Shown: positions 10,095 to 20,687, numbered from the stretch's first letter. The stretch is 64,000 nt of DNA from Candidatus Xenobia bacterium (GCA_045863235.1 BTUM01000001.1:1-64000), one strand, 5' to 3'. Notes: generated from the letters alone by a model not told the origin. Numbers and translations are program-made.

Positions 10095-10180
10095 ATATCC
10101 ACAAGACTTGTGTGAATAAGTGGAAAGTATGGCTGAGTTAAAACACAAAATGTGGGGGAAAGTGGGGGAGAGTGGTGGGG
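10095..10180. promoter_or_regulatory. DnaA-box pair plus three 10-bp-period GTGG repeats between convergent genes
   Basis: ATATCCACA 10095-10103, TGTGAATAA 10111-10119; tGTGGgggaa/aGTGGgggag/aGTGGtgggg at 10151-10180. Confidence 0.55.
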
Positions 10181-10189
10181 CTGGACAGG

Positions 10190-13108
10190 TTAGAAGCGGA
10201 CAGCCATGACGGAGAAATCGTCGGACAGTCGGCTGTTGGAGAAGCGGCGGACCTCATCATAGATCCGGTTGACCAGACGCTGGGGAGAGTTTCCGGTGTG
10301 GCTCTGAAGAAGCTCCAGGACTCGTTGCAGTCCGAAGAATTCCCCTGCCTCATTGCGGGCCTCGGTGAGGCCATCGGTGTAAAGGATGAGCCAGGACCCC
10401 TCGGGAAGCTCAACGGAGCAGTCTTCATAAGTCGCTTCAGGAATCGCCCCTATCAGGATCCCCTCGGCGTAGAGAAGGCGCGGGCGCTCTTGATGGGGGC
10501 TCCAGAAAATCGGCGGCTCGTGCCCGGCTGAGGCAAAGCGCAGTCGTCGAGTCTTCAGGTCGGCCTCGGCGTAGAAAACAGTCACCTGACGGCTGGTGAC
10601 CGGATCCTGGCCCACCTGGTGATTGAGCAGGCTGAGGATCTTGCGCGGAGAGTAGCCAGCCAGGGCATAACTCTTCAAGATGTGTTTGGCCCGAACGGTC
10701 TGGATGGCGGCATCGGGGCCCTTGCCCGAGACGTCGGCCATGACCAGCCCGCACTTGTGCCTACCCAGGGGGATCAGGTCATAGTAGTCGCCGGACAGGT
10801 CCATGGAAGGGATGAATCGATGTCCCACCGCCAGGCCGGGAAATTCCAGCCGCTCACGGGGAATCAGCACGTCGCGCAATAGCTCGGCCACCCGTTCCTT
10901 CTCGGCATAGAGGCGGGCGTTCTCGATCGCCACGGCGGCCTGGCTACCCAGGGTACCCAACAAGTTGACCTGAGCTGGAGCCAGGCTGGTCACCTCGCGA
11001 TAGTAGACGTTGATCAGGCCCACGACTCTCCCCCGGGTTTCCACCGGAACCGAGAGGACGGTGGCCATCCCCTCGGCTCGCACGGCGGCAGGGAACTCCT
11101 CGCGATGGGGCTCGCGGTCGAGCAGCAGCATGGGACGCCGGTTCTTGGCAGCCAGGCCCAGCGGACCGCTGCCCAGTCGCACGGGCTCGCGCTGAACGTC
11201 AGGGTCCATTCCCTCGGCCGTCTTGTGGACCAGTCTTTCGCCTTCCAAGAGCATGAGCGAGCAGGCATCGGCTCGCAAAATCTCGCGCACGTGGCGGACA
11301 ATCTCCTGAAGCACCCGATCGAGCTGGAGGGTGCTGGTGACGGCCTTGCTGACCTCGAAGAGGGTCCCCAGCTCGCCCATTTTGAAACGCACCAATCCGT
11401 GCAGACGCGCGTTCTCGACTGCCACCGCGGCCTGATTGGCAAATCCCCTCAAAAGTCGAACTTCTTGTTGGCGGAAACGGATTCCGGGGGGGGTGAAGCA
11501 GTTCAGCACTCCCACCATCTTCTTGCGGGCGATCAAGGGCACGGAGAGCACTCCACCGAATCCAGCCGAGTTCAGGGCCCGGTCGAACTCCTGGCCGTGC
11601 TCGCCGTCCTGGTCTTTGCCTGGATAGTAGGAGTGAGCGCGCTTGCGTTCCACCGCGTGACGAGCCATACGGGCCTGCAAAGCCGGGTCGAGCAGTCCTG
11701 AGGGCAGTCCCACGCTGGTTTCTAGCCGAAAGCTCTCGCCCATTTCGTCGAGCACCAGAAGCCCACAGGCTGACTGCTCGAGCAACTCGACTGCCTGGTC
11801 CACGATCAGGCGAATCACCTTGGTCAGGCTCAGAGTGCCAGTAATGGCCGTGGAGACCTGGTAGAGGGCCTTGAGAGGGCCCAGGTTGGCCTGCAACTGG
11901 TCGATCAGGCTGGCCCTCTGGATGGCGTTGGCAACCTGCAGCGCCAGTGTCATGACCTGGCGGATGCTGGACGGCGAGAAATGGTGGTTGCCCCGCGAAT
12001 CATCCAGGAAGACCAGCCCCAACAGGCCATCTTTACTGGGGAGTGGCACGACCAGGGCGTTGGCACTGGGCAGGAGAGCGAACAGGCGAGCAAGGCCCTG
12101 GCATTCACCAGGGTTGGCCTCGGAGAGGATCGGCTTTCCCTCGGCCAGTCGCAAACGGTTTCCTTCGGAGAGCTGGTTGACGGGAAGCCGGAAAGCGGAG
12201 AAGAACTCCTGCTGATCGTCGGACAGGCCGATGGAGGCTTCCAATGTGAAGAAGGGACGGCCCGGATGCTTGATGAGAATCAGGCACCGATTGACCTCGG
12301 CAAGCCGCGCCAGGGCCTCGCAGGAGCGCTGCAGGACATCCCACAGCTCATGGGCTTGCTCGACCACTCGAGCCGCCTGGTAGAGAGCGGTAGCCTCGCG
12401 CGAGCGTTGTTGCTCTTGCACCAGAGCCTGGGCATTCTCGATGGCAAGTCCAGCCTGGTGTGCCAGGGCATCCAGGCCGTCGATGGGTGGCTCACCTCTG
12501 AATTCCAGGGTGAGCAGACCGCGAACCCGGTCTGGCCGTCCGATTGGCATGAAGACACGACTTCCCCGAGCACTGAAACGACCTCGAGTCTGGTCGACCG
12601 GTAGGAGTTGGGGGCCGTCCAGCAGCTGGATGCTGGCACCGACCGCCCCCAGACGAGCCGCCTGATCCAGTGTGGCTGTCAGCAGGTCATTGAGCGGGGC
12701 GCTGGAGCAGAGCCGGTCCTCCTCCAGAAGCTGTCCAGCTCTCCTGGCCACAGCCTCCAATCTGGCCAGGCTGACCATTGGAAGCTCGGCATGCTCGGTT
12801 ACCGAGGCGTGACCTCCGGCGATCTCCAGGCTTTCTGAGCTCCAGCCGAAACAGGCCACGCCCAGGGGGCAGATCTCCAGACAAGGCTGACCAGGTTGCC
12901 CCTGGGCTCGCTGGCGGAGCTTGTCGTGGAAGCTCAGGCAGCGCTCGCGCTCGGAAGAGCGCAAGGCCCGGTGGCAGTAGTCCGGCAGGCTGCAGACCTC
13001 GTCGATGGGAGAGCCGTTGAGAAGGTAAATGGGAACGCCTGCCAGCTCGGAACAGGCTAATAGGCGCTCAGCCAGCCTCAGATTCGGTTGGGACAGGGGG
13101 CCGGACAA
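10190..13108 (-). CDS. Multi-GAF SpoIIE/RsbU-type PP2C serine phosphatase with PocR-like N-terminus
   Basis: Repeated QAAVAIENARL GAF ends; SGDYYD, ADVSGKG, ASAGHEPP, LYTDGLTEARN, DDFS PP2C motifs; Cys-containing YC..C..CPLG N-terminus; TTG start with SD GAGGTGAGG. Confidence 0.92.
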   Translation of the reverse strand: MSGPLSQPNLRLAERLLACSELAGVPIYLLNGSPIDEVCSLPDYCHRALRSSERERCLSFHDKLRQRAQGQPGQPCLEICPLGVACFGWSSESLEIAGGHASVTEHAELPMVSLARLEAVARRAGQLLEEDRLCSSAPLNDLLTATLDQAARLGAVGASIQLLDGPQLLPVDQTRGRFSARGSRVFMPIGRPDRVRGLLTLEFRGEPPIDGLDALAHQAGLAIENAQALVQEQQRSREATALYQAARVVEQAHELWDVLQRSCEALARLAEVNRCLILIKHPGRPFFTLEASIGLSDDQQEFFSAFRLPVNQLSEGNRLRLAEGKPILSEANPGECQGLARLFALLPSANALVVPLPSKDGLLGLVFLDDSRGNHHFSPSSIRQVMTLALQVANAIQRASLIDQLQANLGPLKALYQVSTAITGTLSLTKVIRLIVDQAVELLEQSACGLLVLDEMGESFRLETSVGLPSGLLDPALQARMARHAVERKRAHSYYPGKDQDGEHGQEFDRALNSAGFGGVLSVPLIARKKMVGVLNCFTPPGIRFRQQEVRLLRGFANQAAVAVENARLHGLVRFKMGELGTLFEVSKAVTSTLQLDRVLQEIVRHVREILRADACSLMLLEGERLVHKTAEGMDPDVQREPVRLGSGPLGLAAKNRRPMLLLDREPHREEFPAAVRAEGMATVLSVPVETRGRVVGLINVYYREVTSLAPAQVNLLGTLGSQAAVAIENARLYAEKERVAELLRDVLIPRERLEFPGLAVGHRFIPSMDLSGDYYDLIPLGRHKCGLVMADVSGKGPDAAIQTVRAKHILKSYALAGYSPRKILSLLNHQVGQDPVTSRQVTVFYAEADLKTRRLRFASAGHEPPIFWSPHQERPRLLYAEGILIGAIPEATYEDCSVELPEGSWLILYTDGLTEARNEAGEFFGLQRVLELLQSHTGNSPQRLVNRIYDEVRRFSNSRLSDDFSVMAVRF

Positions 13109-13194
13109 GCCTCACCTCTCGCGCACTGGTGTGCCCCCTCGCGCATTCTACGGCCAGCCTTTCCTGTACGTTGGGACTGGGGCTCTGCTTGCAT

Positions 13195-13229
13195 GAAAAA
13201 AGAGGCCGGTCAAAGACCAGAACCCCTTT
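13195..13229 (-). terminator. Intrinsic terminator after the 25-aa ORF
   Basis: Minus strand AAAGGGGttcTGGTC-ttt-GACCGgCCTCTTTTTT. Confidence 0.65.
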
Positions 13230-13232
13230 GTG

Positions 13233-13310
13233 CTAGTTGATGACTCCCTTGTATCGCAGCAAGATCTCGATGAACTCACAGTTATCCATGACCACGATCT
13301 CTTTCTTCAT
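13233..13310 (-). CDS. Small protein MKKEIVVMDNCEFIEILLRYKGVIN (25 aa), unannotated
   Basis: ATG at 13310, TAG at 13233-13235, SD GAGG 5 nt upstream, dedicated promoter and terminator. Confidence 0.6.
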   Translation of the reverse strand: MKKEIVVMDNCEFIEILLRYKGVIN

Positions 13311-13355
13311 GAAAACCTCAAAACGGGGAAAAGATTGCTACGCGGAATCGGTAGA

Positions 13356-13385
13356 ATTATACCATGACCGGTGAGCTCGCGTCAA
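13356..13385 (-). promoter_or_regulatory. Strong sigma70 promoter for the 25-aa ORF
   Basis: TTGACG (13385-13380)-N18-TATAAT (13361-13356), TG extended -10. Confidence 0.8.
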
Positions 13386-13690
13386 CGGGGGTTCTGAAAG
13401 CAAAGGCTCCAGTATCGTTCCTTGTCCACCACGGAGGGGTAGTGGATCAGGGCCATGTTTACCAGTACTTCATATTCTAGAAGGATCTTGGTCAGCTTGG
13501 CGTGCTGCTCGTCATTCAGGCTGTCTTCGATCTGCTTGAGCATATGGGTGATGCGGGCCTCTTGCTCGAGAATCTCTCCAGCAGTGATTTGTCCATCCTC
13601 CATGTACCGCTTCCATCCAGCGTGGGTTTCCAGGAAGTCGTCTCGATGAAGATCGATGCCCTTGCCGTCGAACCATCCGTCTCTCGCCAT
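13382..13690 (-). CDS. Hypothetical protein (102 aa, helical)
   Basis: Clean ORF with protein-like composition, co-directional with the upstream ligase gene. Confidence 0.7.
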   Translation of the reverse strand: MARDGWFDGKGIDLHRDDFLETHAGWKRYMEDGQITAGEILEQEARITHMLKQIEDSLNDEQHAKLTKILLEYEVLVNMALIHYPSVVDKERYWSLCFQNPR

Positions 13691-13713
13691 GGCCCGACTG
13701 TTCTCGCTGGGAC

Positions 13714-15552
13714 TCAGCGATCCTTTCCCGAGGAATTCAGCTCCTGTGCCCGTCGCAGGGCGGCCTCCCCCTCCGCCCGTCGTCCTAGCTCGATCAGAAC
13801 CTCGCCGTAGCTGGTCAGAGTGGGACTGTGGTCGGGATAGAGCTGGAGGCTCTGGCGGTAACTCTCGGCTGCCTGCTCGAAATGCTTCCCCTGGCGCTGG
13901 TCGTCGCCTAGATGAGCCCAGAAGGCTGGATTGTAAGGGTCGAGGCGGATTGCCCGACGAAAGTGTTCTTCTCCTGAGCCCGTCAGACGACGGGCGACGA
14001 ACCCCTGATTGTCAGGGTAGTAGGGGTTGCCCGGGTCGAGGGCCTCCGCTCTTTGGAGAGCACGCAGCGCCTCCAGGTCGAGCTCTCGATTACCCCCCAC
14101 ACGCTCGGACAGCTCCAGGTACAAAAAGCCCTGCAGAGCCTCGATTTCCGGTCGGCGTTGAGCTTGGACCAGGGGCAACGCCTCTTGATAGCGGCTCACC
14201 GCCGTCGTAAGGAGCACTCGCGCATCCTGGCCCTGTTGGAGGGCGCCAAAGCCCTGAATTCGGGCCTCATCAGCCCACCAGACGCGCGATTCCCCAACGA
14301 TCCAGCCAGCAGCCAGCCAGCAGCCGGCGAGCCAGACCAGCCCGGCGAGTCCGACCAGTACCCGAGCAGGGCGCATACTGGCTGCGGGTGAGAACTGTCC
14401 CGGCCAGCTCAGGGCGGCCAGCCAAAGGGCCTCGGTGGGTAAGGCCAGGTTCAGGGCCAGAAGATGAACCGAAAGGCCCAGGCCCGCGAGGAGCAGAGCC
14501 AGTTCCGTCGAGCTCTGGCGGCACCGGGCCAACCGACCCCTGAAGAAGGTCAGAAGACCGCCCACCAGCAGGATGATCCCTGGCCAGCCGCAGTCGGCTC
14601 CCACGCTGAGGAGCTGGTTGTGGGGGTTCTCGGGCAGGCGCTGGAGAGGCCGCGACTCCATGGGCTCCCACATCCGGTAGGCCAGGGCGAGCGGAGTGAA
14701 AGCACCCGGACCGGCCCCCAGGGGATGGGCCAGCAGGATGGCGAAGGCAGCTTTCCACAGGTAGACCCGGGCGGTAACGTCCTTGTTTCCGAGACTCTCC
14801 ACCTGAGCTCGCTCGCGCAACAGATCAGCCCCGCTGGAAACAACCAGCACGAAACCCAGGGCCATTGCCAGGGCCACCCCCAGAACCGCCCGATTGCGCA
14901 AGATGACGACCGCGGCGATCAAGCTGACCAGGCAGCCGATCCAGGCCCCTCGCGTGCCGGTTTGGACCAGGGCCATCCAGGTCATCAACCAGGGAATCCA
15001 GAGCCAGCGTCGTCCCGAGGCCAGGATGGAGGGCAGCGAGAGAGCCAGCCAGGCGACCATGTAGAGGGCCAGGTAGTTGGAGTTGCCCATGGTTGAGATG
15101 GTGCGGATGCGCGAGATCTCCGGGTGCGACCAGAGCATCGGGTCAAGCCCAAACCGCTGCATCCAGGCGTAAATCGTCACCACCAATCCGGCGGCCAGGA
15201 TCATCCCCCACCAGAGGCGCCATCGATCAGGAGTTCCTGTGGCGGTCCAGGACAGCAGAACCAGCACCCCGACCAGATGCTCCAGGGTGGGTACCTGGCC
15301 AGCCAGACCTCCCAGGCCCCACAGACTGCTCGTCGCCCACCAACCGTACAGGGCGACCCACCAGGCTGTCAGGGGATTGGGCCGAAACCAGGGCCAGCTG
15401 CCTCGAGCGGCCCCCCACATCCAGGCGAGTGCCAGGGTCAGCCCGCCGGCCAGGTAAACTGCGGACTTGGGAACCTCGACCGAGTCCGCCAACCGGGTGG
15501 AGCAGGCCAGCGGTAGCCCCAGCAAGACCAGGAGCGAGCCGAGGTGCAGCAA
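13714..15552 (-). CDS. O-antigen ligase (Wzy_C) family membrane protein with C-terminal TPR repeats
   Basis: Many TM helices, STMGNSNYLA, TGTRGAW, R.YLW..A, HPLGAGPG, PHNQLL; TPR tail; likely TTG start at 15552 after AGGAGG. Confidence 0.88.
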   Translation of the reverse strand: MLHLGSLLVLLGLPLACSTRLADSVEVPKSAVYLAGGLTLALAWMWGAARGSWPWFRPNPLTAWWVALYGWWATSSLWGLGGLAGQVPTLEHLVGVLVLLSWTATGTPDRWRLWWGMILAAGLVVTIYAWMQRFGLDPMLWSHPEISRIRTISTMGNSNYLALYMVAWLALSLPSILASGRRWLWIPWLMTWMALVQTGTRGAWIGCLVSLIAAVVILRNRAVLGVALAMALGFVLVVSSGADLLRERAQVESLGNKDVTARVYLWKAAFAILLAHPLGAGPGAFTPLALAYRMWEPMESRPLQRLPENPHNQLLSVGADCGWPGIILLVGGLLTFFRGRLARCRQSSTELALLLAGLGLSVHLLALNLALPTEALWLAALSWPGQFSPAASMRPARVLVGLAGLVWLAGCWLAAGWIVGESRVWWADEARIQGFGALQQGQDARVLLTTAVSRYQEALPLVQAQRRPEIEALQGFLYLELSERVGGNRELDLEALRALQRAEALDPGNPYYPDNQGFVARRLTGSGEEHFRRAIRLDPYNPAFWAHLGDDQRQGKHFEQAAESYRQSLQLYPDHSPTLTSYGEVLIELGRRAEGEAALRRAQELNSSGKDR

Positions 15553-15589
15553 TCGTTCCTCCTGTCTCACAAGAGCCTGTTGGCCATGC

Positions 15590-16168
15590 TTGGAGAGGAA
15601 CCCTACTGCGACCGCGGAAGCTGCCCGGGTGTCGGCACGCAACCTGACCTGGGCCGCGATGTTCGTGGCCCTGACCCTGGTGTTCGATCAACTGCCCGCT
15701 CCCCCCGGGAAGTTTGGAAATCTCTTTCGTTTCATTGGCTTCCCGGTGATCTTGTCGGGTCTCGTTCTCGGACCGACCGTTGGTTTTCTGGTGGGAGCGG
15801 TATCGGACGTGCTCGGTTACCTGATCGGGCCCCCGCCAGGACCTTACTTCCCCGGCTTCACGCTCACGCAGGCCACCACGGGGGCGCTTCCCGCCTTCCT
15901 TTTCTCCTGGATGAACCGTAGCCGGCCGACGGAGGAGTCTCGCTGGACCACATTGCTGAAGCTAACCCTGGCCATCCTGGTCACCAAGCTGCTGTGCTCG
16001 GTGGTGCTGGTGAGCTTCTTTTTGTCCAAGCTCTACGGGATCGACCCCTTGCTGCACGCTGGGCCGGCCCTTCTGGTCGCCCTGGTGCATTGCCCCCTCT
16101 ACGCCTGGCTCAGTCTTCCGTTAATGCGGAGCCTGCGTCGCCTGCGCCCAGGGGTGGGGTGGTCGTGA
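15590..16168 (+). CDS. Folate-family ECF transporter S component (FolT-like)
   Basis: AAMFVAL, G.VLGP..G..VGAVSDVLG, GPYFPGFTLT signature; start uncertain (TTG 15590 or GTG 15629). Confidence 0.8.
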   Translation: MERNPTATAEAARVSARNLTWAAMFVALTLVFDQLPAPPGKFGNLFRFIGFPVILSGLVLGPTVGFLVGAVSDVLGYLIGPPPGPYFPGFTLTQATTGALPAFLFSWMNRSRPTEESRWTTLLKLTLAILVTKLLCSVVLVSFFLSKLYGIDPLLHAGPALLVALVHCPLYAWLSLPLMRSLRRLRPGVGWS

Positions 16169-17198
16169 GGCGGGATCTCCCCGTGGTGCGGGGAGTCGGA
16201 TAGGAGGTTGGCTCGGGACGGGGCTCGCGAGCCTTGCGCGGTTTAGGAGTGGGCTTCTCGCGCGTTTCCTGAGTCAGGGCCAGCACCGCCTGGCGCAACT
16301 CGTCAATGCGGCGGGGGTCGGTCTCGGCCGGTAGCGGCCCTCCTGGGGCCAGGATCAGGCCCGGGGCGGTCCATTCCTCGGCAGAGCGGGCCAGAATATC
16401 CGGGTAGTGCTCGGGGTGTAGCTCGTCCAGGCCGCCCAGCACCGCCCCCGGAAAGTTGGCTCGTCCCCGCACCAGTCCCGGACCGGCGTGAACCTGAGAC
16501 CAGCCAAGCAAGCGGCAGGGAAGGGCTTTGAGCGGTTCGAGGAAGAGCCGGGTCCCAACTGCGTAGACCGCATTGCATCGAGCCTCCGAGGCAGCTCGCA
16601 AAACTCGTTCGTCATAGGGAGCGATGTGCTCGGAGTATTCCTCAGGACTCATGTGCTGGTGGGAAGCAGCCGATACCAGGAGGAACAACCCCTGAGCTCC
16701 GGCCTCCAGGGCGCGACTGGCGTAGCGCTCCAGGGTTCGGGTGACAGCTTCCAGCGCGCTCTTGAAGAAGCCAGGATGCTCGCGCATGGCCTGCAGGCAG
16801 AGTTCGTGCCCGGCCAGCCGGGCCAGCGTGGTGAAAGGGCTGGTGACCGTGTCCAGCAGGTATCGAGTCCCCTTCAATCCGGTATGGACCTTCTTCAGGC
16901 AGGAGAGCGAATGGTCGAAACTGGCCTGTTTGCCTTCCAGTGGCTCCAGCGCGGCAAAGTCCTTACTGCGCTCGAGGCGCTGGCCCTTGGCCAGGGGGTA
17001 CGGGTAGTTGCAGGAGATGCGCACCAGATCCACTCCGTAGCGCTCGGCGAAGGCAAGGTGGACGGACGCCTGCGCCTCGCCCGACATGTGCTGAAGTCCA
17101 AAGGGGTAGTAGCAGGTCCAGGGAGGGCGGTCGAGCGGCTGGCAAGCCAGAGCCAGCTCGACTCGCTCGGCCGGGCTCAAACTTCCGAGCCGTGGCAT
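16110..17198 (-). CDS. Uroporphyrinogen decarboxylase / MtaA-CmuA family protein
   Basis: [44 protein letters not shown]; divergent, function uncertain. Confidence 0.7.
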   Translation of the reverse strand: MPRLGSLSPAERVELALACQPLDRPPWTCYYPFGLQHMSGEAQASVHLAFAERYGVDLVRISCNYPYPLAKGQRLERSKDFAALEPLEGKQASFDHSLSCLKKVHTGLKGTRYLLDTVTSPFTTLARLAGHELCLQAMREHPGFFKSALEAVTRTLERYASRALEAGAQGLFLLVSAASHQHMSPEEYSEHIAPYDERVLRAASEARCNAVYAVGTRLFLEPLKALPCRLLGWSQVHAGPGLVRGRANFPGAVLGGLDELHPEHYPDILARSAEEWTAPGLILAPGGPLPAETDPRRIDELRQAVLALTQETREKPTPKPRKAREPRPEPTSYPTPRTTGRSRLTTTPPLGAGDAGSALTED

Positions 17199-18433
17199 TT
17201 TTTGAACTTCTTGCCGCTTCCACAGGGGCACGGGTCATTGCGACCAGCCTTGGCCGACAGGTAGGGGTTCACCATCTCGAGCACCCTGCGATAATGCTCG
17301 TTGTTGGGCTCCATGCCCACCGCCTTGCGGAAGCAGCGGGTGGCTTCAGCGTTGTCCTTGCCCTGCAGGTGCAACCAGCCCATCACCAGCAGTGGATAGG
17401 GTTGCTCGCGATCCATCTCCAGGGCTTTCTGGCCCTCCGCCAGGGCCTCGGAGAGCTGTCCGCGCTGGAAGAGCAGGGTTGCCAGGTTGAGGTGGGTCAC
17501 AGCCCGCTTGTGACCATCCTCGGCCACCAGGAAGCGCTCGAAGCCCTTGTCTTCGTAGCCGTGACAGGGGATCAGCAGCACTTCCACGGCTCGGCCCGGA
17601 ATGATGCTCTCAAAGCGCCTGGCTGCATCGCGCAGCAGGCTGTCGGCCTTGTCGAGGTTGTTGGTCAGGGCCTCGAGATTGCCCAGGTTGAGCACCGTAA
17701 GGGCTAGATTGTCGTCCTCCACTCCCAGCTTCTCCAGGCTGGCCAGCGCCCGCTCGAGGTAGCCCTTGGCCTCCTCGAACTGGCTGTCGAGAGTGAGCAA
17801 GAAACCAAGGTTGTTGTAAACCAGGTAGTGATCGACGCCGTCTTCCTCGATGGCTCGTCGGTACTCGGCGATGGCGGCCGGACGACCAGGATTGCGGTAG
17901 AGCAGCAGAGCCGAATTGGTGACGCAACTGGCCATGCCTTCCTGGTCCCCAGCCTCTTTGAACAGGACCCGGGCTTGCTGATAGGCCGCCTGGGCAGCCT
18001 GATGATTGTTCAGGTCGATCTGCACTCCGCCCAGGTTGCGCAGGTTGCGGGCCTGACCGGGGCCATCGGCAGCCTTCTCGAACAGTCGGATGGCCCGCTG
18101 AAAGCTCTGCCCGGCCTGGCTGAACTCGTGACGCTGGTGGTAGGCGGTGCCCAGTTGCTCGAGGGCGTTGGCCTGCCCGAGCGGATCCCTGGCTTCCTCG
18201 CACAACTCGGAGCTGCGTTTGAAGTGAGCCAGTGCCTCCGCGCCGCGATCGCAAGCCACCAGGCAGTTTCCGGTCAAAAGGTGGAGCCGCCCTCGCTCGC
18301 TCAGAGGGGCCTGGTCGCCCTGCTCGCGACGGGCCTGGCTCAAGAGCTCGAGGGCCTCGCGATGGCGTGACTCGTCCATCAGGCGCTGGGCCTGATTGAG
18401 GGTTTCCGGCAAGGGTTGCGTGGTCGTCGACAT
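17177..18433 (-). CDS. TPR-repeat protein with C-terminal SEC-C motif
   Basis: Multiple TPRs; [19 protein letters not shown]. Confidence 0.9.
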   Translation of the reverse strand: MSTTTQPLPETLNQAQRLMDESRHREALELLSQARREQGDQAPLSERGRLHLLTGNCLVACDRGAEALAHFKRSSELCEEARDPLGQANALEQLGTAYHQRHEFSQAGQSFQRAIRLFEKAADGPGQARNLRNLGGVQIDLNNHQAAQAAYQQARVLFKEAGDQEGMASCVTNSALLLYRNPGRPAAIAEYRRAIEEDGVDHYLVYNNLGFLLTLDSQFEEAKGYLERALASLEKLGVEDDNLALTVLNLGNLEALTNNLDKADSLLRDAARRFESIIPGRAVEVLLIPCHGYEDKGFERFLVAEDGHKRAVTHLNLATLLFQRGQLSEALAEGQKALEMDREQPYPLLVMGWLHLQGKDNAEATRCFRKAVGMEPNNEHYRRVLEMVNPYLSAKAGRNDPCPCGSGKKFKKCHGSEV

Positions 18434-18575
18434 GAATGGCTCCTTGGAGAAGTGAAGCCCTATGGTTAGTGCCCTCCTGGCCTGTCTCCTGCACAGGAAG
18501 GTTCCCCAGCGCGGGGGAAGAAGTTCCCAGCCGCCCGCCGGGCAAGATTCCTTATGATTTAACGGACGTGCCGCT

Positions 18576-20672
18576 ATGTCGACCCAAACCAGGCCTTTGA
18601 GGGCCGGCCTTTCTCCCCAGCAACTTCTGGACGCCTATCGTTGGATGGTGACCTCTCGCCGACTCGATGACCGCGAGATCCAGATGAAACGACAGAACAA
18701 GATCTTCTTTCAGATCAGCGGCGCGGGTCATGAAGCCCCGTTGGTGGCGGCCGGGATGGCGCTCAGGGCAGGTTATGACTGGTTTTACCCCTACTATCGC
18801 GATCGGGCTCTCTGTCTGGCGCTGGGGATGACCCCGCTGGAGATGTTGCTCTCAGCCGTCGGAGCGGGAGACGATCCCAATTCGGGCGGGCGGCAGATGC
18901 CTTCGCACTGGGGCCACGCAGCTCTCAACATCGTGACTTCCTCGAGTCCCACCGGCACGCAGTTCCTTCAGGCGGTCGGGGCGGCCGAAGCGGGCCGTTA
19001 CGCTCAAGCTCACGAGCTGGCGCTGTCGTTCAAGTCCGATGAGGTCATCTACGTCTCCACCGGAGATGGCACGACCTCCGAGGGCGAGTTCTATGAATCT
19101 CTCAACACGGCCTGTAACCTGAAACTACCTGTGCTTTACCTGGTAGAGGACAATGGCTACGCCATCTCGGTGCCGGTCGAAGTGCAGACGGCCGGGGGCA
19201 GTATCTCGCGGCTGGTTGGGGACTGGCCGGACCTGTTCCACCGCCTGGCTGACGGCAGCAACTTCCTGGACTGCTACGAAGCGCTGCTCGAGGCCACCAA
19301 CTACTGCCGTCAGCGCCGGGGTCCGGCCCTGGTCCACGTCAAGGTGACGCGTCCATACTCTCATTCCCTTTCCGATGACGAAAGCTTCTACAAGACCGCC
19401 GCCGAGCGCGAGCAAGAGGCCAGTCGCGATCCACTCGTTTGCATGCGGGCCTACCTCTTGACGCAAGGGCTGGCCAGCGAAGAGGATCTCGCTCGCCTTG
19501 AGTCCGAGTGCGAGCAAGCGGTCACCAGCGCGGCGGAGGAGGCGGAGCGCCACCCCGCCGCCGGTCCCGAGACTATCTCACATCACATTTATTCGATGGA
19601 GGTGGATCCCACCACCGAGGCCTTCTCCCATCCCCCCACCTTCGAAGGCGAGCCCACCACCATGGTGGACCTGATCAATGCCTGCCTGCGCGATGAGATG
19701 GAGCGGGACGCACGGATCGTCGTCTTCGGAGAGGACGTGGCCGACGCCAGCCGCCCCGAGGTCCTGTCCGAGTGCAAGGGCAAGGGGGGCGTGTTCAAGG
19801 TCACCTACGGCCTGCAGGCTCGCTTTGGAGCCGAGCGGGTGTTCAACTCGCCCCTGGCCGAGGCCAATATCGTGGGCCGAGCCATCGGGATGGCCCAACG
19901 CGGGCTCAAGCCGGTTCCCGAGATCCAGTTCTTCGACTACATCTGGCCGGCCATGCAGCAACTCCGCAATGAGCTGGCCACAGTACGCTGGCGCTCCAAC
20001 GGAGCCTTCAAGTGTCCACTGGTGTTGCGCGTGCCCATCGGGGGTTACCTCAAGGGTGGCGCTCCCTATCACTCGCAGTGCGGTGAGGTGTTGTTCACCC
20101 ACACGCCGGGAGTGCGGGTGGTCTTCCCCTCCACCGCCGAGGACGCCAACGGTCTGCTGCGCACCGCGATCCGCTGCGACGACCCGGTGATGTTCCTGGA
20201 GCACAAGCATCTCTACCGGCAGACTTACAACAAAGGTCGCTATCCCGGCCCCGATTACATGATTCCCTTCGGGCAGGCCAACCGCGTGCGGGAGGGCAGC
20301 GACCTGACCGTGGTCACCTATGGTGCCCTGGTGCAGAAGAGCCTGGTGGCAGCCAGGGAGTTGGCCCAGGAGGGGATCGAGGTGGAGATTCTTGATCTGC
20401 GGACGCTGGCCCCCTATGACTGGGAAGCCATCAAGCGCTCGGTGCAGAAGACCAGCAAGGCGTTGGTGGCCCATGAGGATTGCCTTAGCTTCGGCTTTGG
20501 CGCGGAGATCGCGGCTCGTATCAGCGATGAGCTGTTCGAGTACCTGGACGGCCCGGTTCGCCGGGTGGGCGCCTACGACAGTTTCGTGTCCTATGCCCCC
20601 AGCCTGGAAGACGTGATCCTTCCCCAGGTGGAGGGGCTGCAGCAGGCCATGAAGGACCTCGCTCGCTACTGA
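18576..20672 (+). CDS. 2-oxoacid (probably branched-chain) dehydrogenase E1, fused alpha/beta subunit
   Basis: [31 protein letters not shown] motif, [33 protein letters not shown]. Confidence 0.95.
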   Translation: MSTQTRPLRAGLSPQQLLDAYRWMVTSRRLDDREIQMKRQNKIFFQISGAGHEAPLVAAGMALRAGYDWFYPYYRDRALCLALGMTPLEMLLSAVGAGDDPNSGGRQMPSHWGHAALNIVTSSSPTGTQFLQAVGAAEAGRYAQAHELALSFKSDEVIYVSTGDGTTSEGEFYESLNTACNLKLPVLYLVEDNGYAISVPVEVQTAGGSISRLVGDWPDLFHRLADGSNFLDCYEALLEATNYCRQRRGPALVHVKVTRPYSHSLSDDESFYKTAAEREQEASRDPLVCMRAYLLTQGLASEEDLARLESECEQAVTSAAEEAERHPAAGPETISHHIYSMEVDPTTEAFSHPPTFEGEPTTMVDLINACLRDEMERDARIVVFGEDVADASRPEVLSECKGKGGVFKVTYGLQARFGAERVFNSPLAEANIVGRAIGMAQRGLKPVPEIQFFDYIWPAMQQLRNELATVRWRSNGAFKCPLVLRVPIGGYLKGGAPYHSQCGEVLFTHTPGVRVVFPSTAEDANGLLRTAIRCDDPVMFLEHKHLYRQTYNKGRYPGPDYMIPFGQANRVREGSDLTVVTYGALVQKSLVAARELAQEGIEVEILDLRTLAPYDWEAIKRSVQKTSKALVAHEDCLSFGFGAEIAARISDELFEYLDGPVRRVGAYDSFVSYAPSLEDVILPQVEGLQQAMKDLARY

Positions 20673-20687
20673 GCAAAAGGGCCGGCT

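Noticed and set aside
13282..13290. TTATCCATG DnaA-box-like 9-mer
   Set aside because: Two mismatches, isolated, and explained by codons of the 25-aa ORF
15553..15630. THF riboswitch ahead of the FolT-like gene
   Set aside because: Almost no intergenic space between the divergent genes
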